From assembly GCA_938091905.1 (NCBI GenBank), contig CALKOM010000084.1, positions 1 through 64,000 on the forward strand: a DNA stretch of 64,000 nucleotides. Direction: 5' to 3'. Origin of the DNA: an uncultured Verrucomicrobiales bacterium. Its GTDB lineage: Bacteria; Verrucomicrobiota; Verrucomicrobiia; Verrucomicrobiales; DEV007. Numbering within the stretch: the first letter of the stretch is position 1; each line of letters opens with the position of its first letter. Made by a program: the position numbers and the translations under genes. Under the pieces are notes generated by a model. It was not told where the DNA came from, did no database searches, and saw only the letters and a list, made by a program, of their open reading frames with translations. Below, piece by piece: positions 1 through 10,099 of the stretch.

Positions 1-3000
1 CAAGAAAGTAGATCAACAAGTCATCCCCCTCGCGCGTGAGTTCAATCTCGCGTGCGGCACGTGGCTTTGGTGTTTCGCCCGGCGTAACCGCCTCCGCAGT
101 CCAACTCTCCGCGAGGGCAGAATCGTCATCGCTGTTGCGGAAAACCAATGCGCTTCCGGCTCCATCGGCCGCGGTCGGCCAGGGGAGGCGATCATTGTAG
201 GTAAAGTCGACCAAGGTCGAAGCATCTGCAGCGATAATCGTCACACGTTCACCTGAGTTGGCAAGCTGCCCGCCATACTCGCCTGCGACGGTAGCGATCG
301 CTCCATAACGTTCCGCGAAGGCAGCCGCATTGCGAACCAGGACCACACGCTCGCCCCCTCGAACCTGAGAAATGTTAGACGAGTTGAAATCAAAAGCCAC
401 GCCGTTGCTGAAGCGGAGTCCCGTGAGATTCATACCGTAGGAGCTAGGATTAAACAGCTCCAGGAATTCAAAGTCATCCTTGTCATCGAATCCAGCGGCG
501 ATCTCACGTTCACTTGGACGCGCTGGATGGTAGTCCAGCTCAGAGATGACCAAGCTTGGAGTTCCGACGACGAAGGTGGCTGTGTTCAAGGCGCTCCATT
601 CGCCATTGCGCAACGTGCGAGCATGCACCGTCGTCAAATCGTTGAGGATGACTGGTGTAACGTACGTTTGTGCTGTCGGAGACGACCTTGGATCAGTGCC
701 ATCTCTTGTATAGCGTATGACACCCGAGGTGCTTGATATTGTTAGGGAGAAGCCGAGATCCACATCGCCTCCGTGCTGGCTAAAGATGGGCGCGTCAATC
801 TCGGGGTAGAGCCGAGCAGTGCGAAGCTGATCTAGCACAATGGCCGATCGACGCGGAAAGTAATTGTTTAATAGATTGTCGCGTTCCGGGCGCCAATGGC
901 CCGCACGAGTGAATAGCTGTGATCCAAGTTGATCACCCCATCGCGCAGACTCCGGAGCAATTGCTGCCGCGACCTGTGCGGCCAGCGCCGCAAAGCGACG
1001 TGCCGGTTGGTTCTTCTCCGGTGCGAGCGGATTCCAAACAGGCGCACGCGAATCGACGTAGAATGGTCCGCCATTAAAGAAATGCTCATGCACGCGATCA
1101 CCGAAGCGAATACGGAATTCCGCGTTGTTGCGAAGCGCCGCAAAGGGACGAGCGACAGCGCCAGTGGCGCCTGTGCGATTTGCTGTCACACTCGACCGAA
1201 GGCCGATTGCCGTTTCCGAGTCCCACGGATAGAATTGAAAGCCTTGTTCGCCGTCGCGATTGATCCCATACCAATGATTGCGCCCCGGCCAGTCGGCATT
1301 GCCGAGGTAGAAATTCAGCAGCATGTAATCGATCAAATTGTCGACATCGAGCAAGACCTCAAACTTTGGATTGCGAATGCCATCCGGACCCCTGCCTTGC
1401 AAGCGTTGGTAGGCAGTATTGCTAGAGACGCCCGAATGCAACTGTATTAGCAACCGATCCCAGGCATCGCTATTGCCATCCGGCACAGAATCTTGATTGA
1501 GCGCATCCCATGAATTTCGGGCACCGCCATGATAAATGGACGAGAAGGCGGCATCAGGCCGTTCCACTGGATTGTAGAGCCCCCAGTAATGGCCGTTGAC
1601 GTAAAGGTGGGCGAACGTACTGTGTGAAGCAACATTACCCATCGCCCGCATGCTTTCCATCGCGAAAGCATCTCGAATGTAGAGCGTCGAGCGATCGCCC
1701 CATTTCCAGGCATCGTTGCCGTTTGCGCGTAGAACAATGCTATCTGTTTCCGGCGCTGCTTCGGAACCAAAGATGGATTGGTCCAATCGCCGGGCACCAT
1801 AGCGTTCACGGAAGATGATGCGAAACGACTTCTTCAAGGTGAGACTGAAATTCCTGAAAGCGCCCCCTTGAATACGAATCCCAGCATCTTTCCCAAATGA
1901 ATGGTTGTTAGTAAAATCGATCCACTCAAAAAAAACCGCTCGCTCCCAGTTGCCACCTCGAGAGTTGGGATTGGCGTAGAGGCCACGACCGCCAAACATG
2001 CTTTCTGGATCGAGGACGAGTGAGATCGATGGTAAGGCGGTCATTTCCTCGACCTTCAATGGCACCCGGGAATCCAGTCCGTAATCCGCGTCCTGCGAGT
2101 TCCATCTAGCTGGCAACCCGGAGGCCAAAGCTGACTGACGCGTCTGATCAATGATATCGGCGGCGAACAGATAGCTCTGCGTTAGCACCGATGACGGCAA
2201 CCAGTCATCACGATACGCTGCAGCCCGGAGCACCGTTGTTCTATCGATGGTGATAGGTGAGGTATACAGCAGACCATTCTTGCGCGTCGGGATACTGCCA
2301 TCGACCGTGTAACGAATGATCGACTCCTCGGTAGCCGTCGTGAGTGCCAGTGGAAAGGAATCCTCGAAGAAGCCGCGCTCCACACTAGCGCTAATATCGT
2401 GGACGATCCCGAGACTGCCATCCGCGTTCGCTGCTTGCGGCGTTGGCCAACCAAAGTAGGCGTCTTCACCTAGAGTCACCCGCGTGTCCGAGAGTTCCGC
2501 CCTCAACAAGAAATTAGGACTATCAATCGCATCATTCAAGCCGTGCAGCGCGAGCACGTTCTCGCCAGGCAAGAACAAATGAGCAAAGCGTGAAAGATCG
2601 AACCGCGCCGCATGCTGCGCCTCGTCAGGTGATCGATTTGCCACAAAGGGGATGTTGTCGCGCGTAATCTCGGCCCCATTTAGATAGGCAATGAAGCCGT
2701 GATCATACCAAACACTCAGTGCTGGTGCCTCTAACTTGGCGTTGTCCTCAAGCGTGAACGGGATACGTAGGAAAGCATTCGTTGCCAACTTGTAAAGCCC
2801 GTTGGAAACATCCGTGGTAATGAGTTCCTCAATGCTGTTGGGATCTACCACCTTGCTGAGAAAGGCAACTTCAGCAATCTGCACGGCCGCGGCATTCGTG
2901 TCGCGTATGGTCGGGAACAGAAGGCGATAATGGACATAAGGGATTTCGTTAGAAAAGTCCACAACAAGTGAAGCAAAGCGGTCCGGGAAGGTCGGAAGGG

Positions 3001-4390
3001 GACCTGCGGCAATCGCTGTGAAGTTCTCGCCATCGTTTGAACCCTCCAAGGCATAGCTTGTGGGATCTCGGCCGGGCACATCATTGGCCGAGGTCAAACG
3101 AAGCCCGGACACCACACTGACACTGTCCCTCGGCGTCACCGTGAACCCAGCATTGAGCTTGTCGAAATTCAGATACTTGGTGGCGAGATCACCATCGATC
3201 GCCTTGTCGACTTCCTCCTCGAGCGGTGAATTGCTAGAGGTCGGTTCGATCACAGCACCTTCCAAACCGATCTCTTCGAGCGAACTTATCTCCATCAATG
3301 ATAGAAACTCGACTTCGGAAATCTGCACCGCCACAGCGCTGGCGGCATCGCGCACCTCTGGGAAAAGCAATCGATACTGTGAAAAGGCTCGATCATTGTC
3401 AAAAGTGACCTCAACCCCCTGATAGCGACTCGTGAATTCCGGGATCGGGCCGCTTGCCACCTCAGTGAAGACACTGCCATCAGTCGATCCCGACAACACA
3501 AAGCGTGTCGGATCACGACTCGGCACATCGTTGGCCGAAGTGAAACGCAACCCAGTCACAGCGGACGCACCACGTGACAAGGTCACTGTTAAGCCAGCGT
3601 TGACCGTGTCGAAATTCAGATACTTCGTCCCGTTCCGGTCATCGATCGCTTTATCAGCCTCTTCGCCTTCGGGTGATCTCATCGAGGTAGGCATCACGAG
3701 ATCACCAGGTTGCGACACGTCCCCCAGCTCCCTTTCCAATTCAGGTGGTTCCGCCAAATCATAGCCAATTCCCATGGTCACCTCGTCCCAATGTGAGTCA
3801 TCGAAGTCCAGTTGCAGCCACCTGGGGTCCACAGCACCATCGACCGAAGCTAAAAACGAAGCTGCTGCATCGCCCTTAACCAAGGTAGTCACAGCAATGT
3901 CCATTTGCCGACCATACGAAACATCGGTTCTCTGTTGGGGAAACTCGGAGGCGAACGATGAGGCGATCGTTCCATCGGGCCTAACCAGCGCCAAGAATTC
4001 GCCATCGCGATCAAGGCCAAAGTCGGTGTGCAACAGACCTGCGGGATCAGATCTATCTTTGCCGCTTGCAAAGACCAGTAGAAAGTTCTGTCCCTCGATC
4101 GCTGTGTCGGCAAACGACCACTTGGCAAGGTCGTCTGGATCATCTGTCAGGCTCCACCCCTGCATGGACAAACGCTCTGAGTTAGGATTGAAGATCTCGA
4201 TCCAATCAGAAGCGTCCCCATTGTCGTCACGCAATCCTCTCATACTGGCGGCTAAGAATTCTGAAATAATGAAATCTTGACCATGCATCTTGTTTCCAAG
4301 ATTCAGGGCAATTAGAACCGCAAAAACCAAGCAACAACGGCATGAACTGCATCCAGCGTTTAATAGGGCGCGAAACACACCCTCTAACAT
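1..4390 (-). CDS. Large secreted lamin-tail/CotH kinase family protein with two discoidin (F5/8C)-like repeats and an Fn3-associated domain; 3' end runs off the window
   Basis: Absent from the ORF track because there is no stop in the window. Manual translation from ATG 4390 gives QDFIISEFLAAS..DASDWIEIFNP (lamin tail), IRYTVDGSIP, GIRIQGGAFR..KKSFRIIFR..HLYVNGHYWGLYNPVERPD (CotH) and LVISELDYHP..FEFLELFN (second lamin tail). The frame was consistent at spot checks (4390, 1870, 547, 4). Confidence 0.85.
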   Translation of the reverse strand, partial: MLEGVFRALLNAGCSSCRCCLVFAVLIALNLGNKMHGQDFIISEFLAASMRGLRDDNGDASDWIEIFNPNSERLSMQGWSLTDDPDDLAKWSFADTAIEGQNFLLVFASGKDRSDPAGLLHTDFGLDRDGEFLALVRPDGTIASSFASEFPQQRTDVSYGRQMDIAVTTLVKGDAAASFLASVDGAVDPRWLQLDFDDSHWDEVTMGIGYDLAEPPELERELGDVSQPGDLVMPTSMRSPEGEEADKAIDDRNGTKYLNFDTVNAGLTVTLSRGASAVTGLRFTSANDVPSRDPTRFVLSGSTDGSVFTEVASGPIPEFTSRYQGVEVTFDNDRAFSQYRLLFPEVRDAASAVAVQISEVEFLSLMEISSLEEIGLEGAVIEPTSSNSPLEEEVDKAIDGDLATKYLNFDKLNAGFTVTPRDSVSVVSGLRLTSANDVPGRDPTSYALEGSNDGENFTAIAAGPLPTFPDRFASLVVDFSNEIPYVHYRLLFPTIRDTNAAAVQIAEVAFLSKVVDPNSIEELITTDVSNGLYKLATNAFLRIPFTLEDNAKLEAPALSVWYDHGFIAYLNGAEITRDNIPFVANRSPDEAQHAARFDLSRFAHLFLPGENVLALHGLNDAIDSPNFLLRAELSDTRVTLGEDAYFGWPTPQAANADGSLGIVHDISASVERGFFEDSFPLALTTATEESIIRYTVDGSIPTRKNGLLYTSPITIDRTTVLRAAAYRDDWLPSSVLTQSYLFAADIIDQTRQSALASGLPARWNSQDADYGLDSRVPLKVEEMTALPSISLVLDPESMFGGRGLYANPNSRGGNWERAVFFEWIDFTNNHSFGKDAGIRIQGGAFRNFSLTLKKSFRIIFRERYGARRLDQSIFGSEAAPETDSIVLRANGNDAWKWGDRSTLYIRDAFAMESMRAMGNVASHSTFAHLYVNGHYWGLYNPVERPDAAFSSIYHGGARNSWDALNQDSVPDGNSDAWDRLLIQLHSGVSSNTAYQRLQGRGPDGIRNPKFEVLLDVDNLIDYMLLNFYLGNADWPGRNHWYGINRDGEQGFQFYPWDSETAIGLRSSVTANRTGATGAVARPFAALRNNAEFRIRFGDRVHEHFFNGGPFYVDSRAPVWNPLAPEKNQPARRFAALAAQVAAAIAPESARWGDQLGSQLFTRAGHWRPERDNLLNNYFPRRSAIVLDQLRTARLYPEIDAPIFSQHGGDVDLGFSLTISSTSGVIRYTRDGTDPRSSPTAQTYVTPVILNDLTTVHARTLRNGEWSALNTATFVVGTPSLVISELDYHPARPSEREIAAGFDDKDDFEFLELFNPSSYGMNLTGLRFSNGVAFDFNSSNISQVRGGERVVLVRNAAAFAERYGAIATVAGEYGGQLANSGERVTIIAADASTLVDFTYNDRLPWPTAADGAGSALVFRNSDDDSALAESWTAEAVTPGETPKPRAAREIELTREGDDLLIYFL
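2860..3720 (-). repeat. Tandem intragenic duplication of a ~140-aa discoidin-like domain
   Basis: Both copies share KAID..TKYLNFD..NAG.TVT..GLR.TSANDVP.RDPT...L.GS.DG..FT..A.GP.P.F..R...YRLLFP..RD....AVQI.EV.FL; boundaries approximate. Confidence 0.8.
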
Positions 4391-4538
4391 GCCGTAGCGC
4401 TTCATCACTGTCGAACTCTAAAACTTCGTTCGACCTGCTTATATCAACTTGTGGATTTCGATTGTCATACGCTCATGACATCCAAATCTGGCACCCGACT
4501 GAATCAAATAAGATAGTAAAATCTATTACAATCTTACC

Positions 4539-7500
4539 CTACCTAACAGCTGCGCGATAGTACGCGCTAGCGCCGCCAAGTCGACCGGCATCGGTGTCTT
4601 CGTAAGTGCCACCGGCAACGTCAGTCGCGACATTTTCCCAGGTGGTTAGGTCTGCGGAGTACTGCACATCGTAGGTTTTCCCATCGACCGTAGACCATTC
4701 CAGGATATTGCCGCTGCCACTGACTGTCGTCACTCGGAAGAATGAAGTCGGATCGTTGGGATCTGTTCCGGCAATGCCTTCGGCTTCATCGGACGCGCCG
4801 TCGCCATCGGTATCGGCGGTGAGAGGTATCCCACCTCTACTGACATTGACGAATACCGCATCGACATTGTTGAAATTGTTCAAGGCGATGCGGATTTGAT
4901 AGTCACCTGCCGAGAGGCTGATACCATCCTGACCATCGACCCAGACGTCCGAGGGGATCGGTTCGTCCGAAGTGTCCACAGACACCTCCGGCGAGAGCAA
5001 TTCCTCCCCTGCAGCATCATAGATTCCAACCGTCGAGGGCTCTGATCCATCATGACCTTCGCGATTGGCAAACGAAGCGCCAAACAAGACATCGGTGTCC
5101 GAGGTCAGGGTGAAGTTCTGGAAGATCTCAAAGATCCCGTTGAGATCGATGATCTGCGAGCCCTCGGCGGCGTTGTCCACGCCACTTCGGTAAGGGGAAC
5201 CATCGTTTCTAATCAAGTTCCAGGTCGTATCGTCCCCGGTCTGACTCCATCCCGTGGGTACTGTTCCTAGATTATTCACATTGACGTTATTCAGAACCGG
5301 TTCCTCGAAGGAACCATTCACGAGGAGGTTGTCAGCACCACCTCCGCCACCGGCATTGAACACGAGTGGGTCCGGATCAACACCATCCTCGATTCCATCG
5401 CCATCGGTGTCTGCCTCCTTGGGAAGGGTTGGACCGGCAATCTCCACAGCGTCGTCGAGGCCATCACCATCGGTATCGGCGTTGTTAGGATCTGTACCAT
5501 GAACGAGCAGCTCATCACAATCGGTCACTGTATCACCGTCCGAATCCGCAGTTGGGTCATCACAGTCTGGTGGGATACATTGAAGTGATTCATCGAGGAT
5601 TAGGTTCGCGGCACCCGTGGCATGCGTGGCATCAAAGCCCGCGCCAAGTAGGCCTTCTACCCCGAAGGTCGCCGTAGGTTGATCCGCGCGCAGGCTGAAT
5701 TGCGGATTGCCACTCTCATCAACTCCAAGGAGGTCGTTCATTGAGAGGTCAGCATCCAGACCAAGGGTGAAGTTATCGCCACGAATGAGCAGTCTGCCGC
5801 AGAAGGTGGCTGGAGAGCTTACGGTCAGTCGGGATCCTTCGAGGAGAACATCCCCTTCACCCGCGCCTCCCAAGCCATTGACCGAAAGAAGATTAACGTC
5901 CGTGCCAATGATATCGATATTACCAGTCAGCGCACTAGCAGGCCCATTGATTAGGATCTCACCCGCACGGATATCGGCGGAACCACCGGTCAGCCTCACT
6001 CCGTCTGATCCCGAAAGTAACGAACCAATCGAGAGTTCGTTGTCGCCCACATCAATGGTGCTATCGCCTCCCAACGTGATCTTTCCGGAGATGCTGTTGC
6101 TTCTGGAAGACTGGATGAGCGCATTACTAGTGATCAAATCAACCTCGACAGCACCCGAATGTGCGAGTTCCAGCGTGGCACCAATGAGTATCAGCGAATC
6201 ACCTGCAAACGAACCGTCTGTCGTCGTTAGCTTGTCGGAGAGCCCCGCAAGCGCAGCGTATTTGTTGCCAGCAGTGGGGGCGGTGCCACCCCAGGTAGCC
6301 GGGGCCATCCACGGACCGGAGGTGAGGGCAACGATGACGTCTGGCACGGAGGCCGCGTCGTTAGGATCGGTGTCGAACTGAGGATTGACCTCGACTGAGT
6401 CGAACGCGCCATCGCCATCACTATCCGTGGACGCAGGATCACTCATATGCACGGTCACTTCATCCCCGTCTGAGAGCGTATCGCCATCGGTATCGACAAG
6501 GATCGGACTGCTGCCATGAATGTTTACCTCTGGGCCGTCTTCCAGGCCATCGCCATCAGTGTCTTTCTCCGTTGGAATACCGCGATTCTGAAACTCGGCA
6601 AGATCGGTTAGGCCATCGCCGTCTTCGTCACCGGAGCCATCCTTCCTCAAATCGCCGAAATAGAAGTTCTCCCAGAGGTCTGCCAAGTTATCGCCATCCG
6701 AATCGTCTCCGTCTAATGGAGCCAGGCCAATGTCAAAGGCGTTGAGAAGTTCGAAATCAGCCTCCTCAAAAGCGAGTTCTCCAAAGCCACGCGCGATAAA
6801 CATGTTCGCTCCGGCTCCTCCGCCGTTTTCCCAATGAGTCAGTATGAGGTCATGCTGCCCCGCTGCAAGATCAACTGTAAAGAGACTGTCTTGACGACCA
6901 CGATTACCAGCTTCCCCAATCTCTATCCCGTCGATCGTCAAGACAAAGCCATCGTCACTATTGACACCGATCGTGACCATGCCGCCCGGTTCCTGGATAA
7001 AGATCTTTCCGATCACTTCAATCGCGAAATTGTTATGGTTGGGTCCACCACCAACCGCCGGCGCTCGTTCATCATTGCCGTCCGGCCCCCAAAGTGGGTA
7101 AGGTTCAATCGTATCTCTAAAGGCACGTGCCTGATCATCAGCAAAGTTGACGAAGCCGCGCTGCACGGTGATTTCTTCGACAGGCTGCTCCTCGCCTGCC
7201 AAGACGGCCTCCATCGACGAGCGATCAGCAATGGAAGGTGACGTGACGTGGCGAACGGTAAAGTTACCACCCTTGAGTTGGATTGACGCTACGCTCTGCG
7301 GATCGGTTGGATCAAAACCACCCGAGACTTCAAGACCGTCCTGGGCACCGTCGCCATCGGTGTCTTTCACGTGCGGGTCCGATCCCGTGTCGTCCGCGCT
7401 CACAAAGATGCCGGTGTTTGTTTCGACACCGTCCAGCAAGCCGTCCCTATCCGTATCAGGCCGAGTAGGATTCGTGCCCGTATCCGTGGCGCTAAGCCAG

Positions 7501-9086
7501 ACATCGGTTTTCGTTTCCACATTGTCTTGTAGGCCATCCATGTCGGTGTCTACTTCGTTGGGATTGGTTCGGCGCGCAAACTCTTGCACGTTCGTTAGAG
7601 TATCACCATCCCCATCGAAAGCCGCATCTGCGGGATCATTCGGATCTAATCCATTGGCCACCTCCCATTCGTCCGGCATGCCATCGCCATCGGCATCACC
7701 AGGTGGGCGCAAGCCATTGCTAAAGAGATTCTCGACTTCGGCCTCGTCGAGGACGGCATTGTGTAGCACCACTTCATCGAGAAGACCGTCAAAGGAGGTG
7801 AACAAATCCGCCCGCGATCCGATAAACAAGGGGTTCTCATTGGTCGGAAACTCTTCAACAGCGACAAATCCTCCCAGAGTCTTAATCAGTTCGCCGTTGA
7901 TATACAAGTTCACATCCCCGCTTTCGGTCTCGGCCGTTACCACAACATGCGTCCAGACATCTGGCTCGATAATCGTTTCCACACCACCATCATGAGTCGC
8001 TGTATCATTGGCACCGCCCTGCTGATGTAGAAAGTGGAGATGCCTAGTGCCGCTTGCTACCCGTAGCTCGTAGTTACCAGCATGGTTGTCGCCGGAGCCT
8101 TCACTAGGGTTCTTAGCAATCACCCCATCCCAGGCATTTTCACCAACAGGCTTGACCCAGGCACCAATGGAAATGGCATTGGTAATATTGAGAGACTCTG
8201 AGTGCTCCACCAGCACATGCCCACCGTCCGCGAGGAGTAGCGATTGCCCACCCTCACCTCTAGCCGTGTCGTCACTAAACGTCGCGCCATCGACAAGCTC
8301 ACCATCGTTGCCGTTGTCCGAGCTATCGGCGGCGTCACCGTCGAACGACCATATGCCAACGAAGGGCGGCAGGCTGGGCGTTGGCGTTACCAATGCTAGG
8401 ATCTCCTCATCCGTTAGGGCCACATCATAGAGGCGCAAATCATCCATCAGTCCTTCAAACCCTTCGACCTCACTGTGGCGAGTCCCAATGGTCATGTGGG
8501 CATCCGCAGGGATATTTCCGGCAGGAACCCCCACGCCGGAGAACACCTGTTCCCCATTCACAAGAAGCTCAAGATCCCCTGCTTCAGTGTTGCGCCAAGC
8601 AATGTGCGTCCATTCTTTCTCGGGAACAGTGATATCCGTTGATTCCCAGCCGCCTTGATAATAGCTAAGCGTGAGGGGTTCAGCACCGCCCACCGCGTTT
8701 CGATCTCCAATGGCCGTTTCAAAAGTATCGCCTCCACGACTGGTGAGCCGTTCAAGACCTGCATTGCCTTGCGGCCCTGCGGGATTGATCCAATAGGCGA
8801 GGGTGAACTCGTCTGTATTCAAACTCTCGGTTCCCTCCACACGGACACCCTGGTTTTCCGAGTCTCCATTTGCGAGCACGAGTGATCTACCAACGCCAAG
8901 CGCCACAGGCACATCTGTACCGTACGCCGTATCATTCAGAATCATCGTCTCGTTACCTTCAGCCGATTGATCGTCGACGTTGTCATCGAAATTGAGCCAA
9001 AGAACGGGCTCGCTCTGTGCATTTGCCAGTAAGGCAAGCAAGAGTGAGGCAAGAAAGATCTTGATAGTTTTGATGATCATTATCAT
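4539..9086 (-). CDS. Large secreted protein: two LamG-like jellyroll domains, PA14-like domain, many DxDxDG calcium-binding repeats
   Basis: Signal peptide (IFLASLLLALLANA-Q); WTHIAW..FEGLMDDLRLYD and WTHVVVT..FDGLLDEVVLHN; GVNSDDGF..HWENGGGAG; repeated DTDGDG..D..E....TDP. Start moved from TTG 9173 to ATG 9086 (9080 also possible). Confidence 0.8.
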   Translation of the reverse strand: MIMIIKTIKIFLASLLLALLANAQSEPVLWLNFDDNVDDQSAEGNETMILNDTAYGTDVPVALGVGRSLVLANGDSENQGVRVEGTESLNTDEFTLAYWINPAGPQGNAGLERLTSRGGDTFETAIGDRNAVGGAEPLTLSYYQGGWESTDITVPEKEWTHIAWRNTEAGDLELLVNGEQVFSGVGVPAGNIPADAHMTIGTRHSEVEGFEGLMDDLRLYDVALTDEEILALVTPTPSLPPFVGIWSFDGDAADSSDNGNDGELVDGATFSDDTARGEGGQSLLLADGGHVLVEHSESLNITNAISIGAWVKPVGENAWDGVIAKNPSEGSGDNHAGNYELRVASGTRHLHFLHQQGGANDTATHDGGVETIIEPDVWTHVVVTAETESGDVNLYINGELIKTLGGFVAVEEFPTNENPLFIGSRADLFTSFDGLLDEVVLHNAVLDEAEVENLFSNGLRPPGDADGDGMPDEWEVANGLDPNDPADAAFDGDGDTLTNVQEFARRTNPNEVDTDMDGLQDNVETKTDVWLSATDTGTNPTRPDTDRDGLLDGVETNTGIFVSADDTGSDPHVKDTDGDGAQDGLEVSGGFDPTDPQSVASIQLKGGNFTVRHVTSPSIADRSSMEAVLAGEEQPVEEITVQRGFVNFADDQARAFRDTIEPYPLWGPDGNDERAPAVGGGPNHNNFAIEVIGKIFIQEPGGMVTIGVNSDDGFVLTIDGIEIGEAGNRGRQDSLFTVDLAAGQHDLILTHWENGGGAGANMFIARGFGELAFEEADFELLNAFDIGLAPLDGDDSDGDNLADLWENFYFGDLRKDGSGDEDGDGLTDLAEFQNRGIPTEKDTDGDGLEDGPEVNIHGSSPILVDTDGDTLSDGDEVTVHMSDPASTDSDGDGAFDSVEVNPQFDTDPNDAASVPDVIVALTSGPWMAPATWGGTAPTAGNKYAALAGLSDKLTTTDGSFAGDSLILIGATLELAHSGAVEVDLITSNALIQSSRSNSISGKITLGGDSTIDVGDNELSIGSLLSGSDGVRLTGGSADIRAGEILINGPASALTGNIDIIGTDVNLLSVNGLGGAGEGDVLLEGSRLTVSSPATFCGRLLIRGDNFTLGLDADLSMNDLLGVDESGNPQFSLRADQPTATFGVEGLLGAGFDATHATGAANLILDESLQCIPPDCDDPTADSDGDTVTDCDELLVHGTDPNNADTDGDGLDDAVEIAGPTLPKEADTDGDGIEDGVDPDPLVFNAGGGGGADNLLVNGSFEEPVLNNVNVNNLGTVPTGWSQTGDDTTWNLIRNDGSPYRSGVDNAAEGSQIIDLNGIFEIFQNFTLTSDTDVLFGASFANREGHDGSEPSTVGIYDAAGEELLSPEVSVDTSDEPIPSDVWVDGQDGISLSAGDYQIRIALNNFNNVDAVFVNVSRGGIPLTADTDGDGASDEAEGIAGTDPNDPTSFFRVTTVSGSGNILEWSTVDGKTYDVQYSADLTTWENVATDVAGGTYEDTDAGRLGGASAYYRAAVR

Positions 9087-9230
9087 TCGGAGTCTGTTAG
9101 TAAGCGAACATTTCAAGGCCTCAGGTTCCACAATATTGGGAGACCTTGACGGTGTTACCAAAAGCCGAGGCAATCGCCAAGCTTCTTTCCTTTCGGAGCA
9201 GTCAACTAATCAATGACACCTCGCAAGGGA

Positions 9231-10070
9231 TCAATTCCCCAGCCAACCACTAGCACCGAGCCACTCGGCGATTCGAACCTGCCACTGGTTGACAGGCTGC
9301 CCTTTCGGCTTCATTCCAAAGCCGTGCCCGCCCTCGGAATACACATGCAACTCGGCAGGAATCCCCTGCTTCTTGTACTCCGTATAGAGCAAGACGCTAC
9401 CCATGGCTGTGATGCGATCATCACCCGCATGGATCAAGCAGGCCGGCGGCGTTGATTTCGTGATCTTAAGCTCAGGACGAAAGGTGAACTCATCTTCTTT
9501 GAGTGTGAGGTAGGCGGGATAGAAAGGTATCATGAAATTTGGACATTCCGCTGGCGGCAACTGAACAGCGGCCATCACGCAGAGGTGTCCTCCCGCACTG
9601 AATCCTAGCATACCGGCTTTATCTGGTACGATCTCCCATTCGGCAGCGTGCGCGCGAACGAGCTTCATTGCTTGGCGAGCATCAGCCAAGGGTGCTTCCT
9701 GAGGATTCTCGGGGTCGCGACGTGGAACGCGGTATTTGAGAACGATGCCGGTAACGCCAATCGTGTTCAAGTATTCAGCCACCTGGGTACCTTCATGCTC
9801 GATGGCCAATCCTTGATAACCTCCACCGGGGCAGATGATTACTGCAGTTCCGTTTGGGTTTGTCGGCTTGTAGACCGTAAGCACCGGTTCACTGACATGG
9901 CTGAGACGCTTCAATCCGTCTTGTCTCACTGTAATCAATTCCTCCTCGGGAACAAAGCCTGACTTTTCAGGTGCTCCGTCCGGCCACACGTCGAGAGCAA
10001 TCAGCTCTGCAGCATTGATTGTGTAGAACGATGTAAAGGTAACGAGAAGGGAATAAAGAAGCGTCCTCAT
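9231..10070 (-). CDS. Secreted alpha/beta hydrolase (acetyl/xylan esterase-like)
   Basis: Signal peptide, CPGGGY, GFSAGG nucleophile motif, GGHGFG. Confidence 0.85.
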   Translation of the reverse strand: MRTLLYSLLVTFTSFYTINAAELIALDVWPDGAPEKSGFVPEEELITVRQDGLKRLSHVSEPVLTVYKPTNPNGTAVIICPGGGYQGLAIEHEGTQVAEYLNTIGVTGIVLKYRVPRRDPENPQEAPLADARQAMKLVRAHAAEWEIVPDKAGMLGFSAGGHLCVMAAVQLPPAECPNFMIPFYPAYLTLKEDEFTFRPELKITKSTPPACLIHAGDDRITAMGSVLLYTEYKKQGIPAELHVYSEGGHGFGMKPKGQPVNQWQVRIAEWLGASGWLGN

Positions 10071-10099
10071 AGCGAATCGGTCAGAAGGCTTGATGTCAT

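Noticed and set aside
5380..7700. Recurrent CCATCGCCATCGG-like DNA motifs as a CRISPR or repeat array
   Set aside because: Irregular spacing and degenerate copies; they encode DxDGDG protein repeats
3060..8430. Long Ser/Pro-rich plus-strand ORFs (e.g. 5707-6381, 7147-7995)
   Set aside because: Antisense shadows of Asp/Gly-rich minus-strand genes
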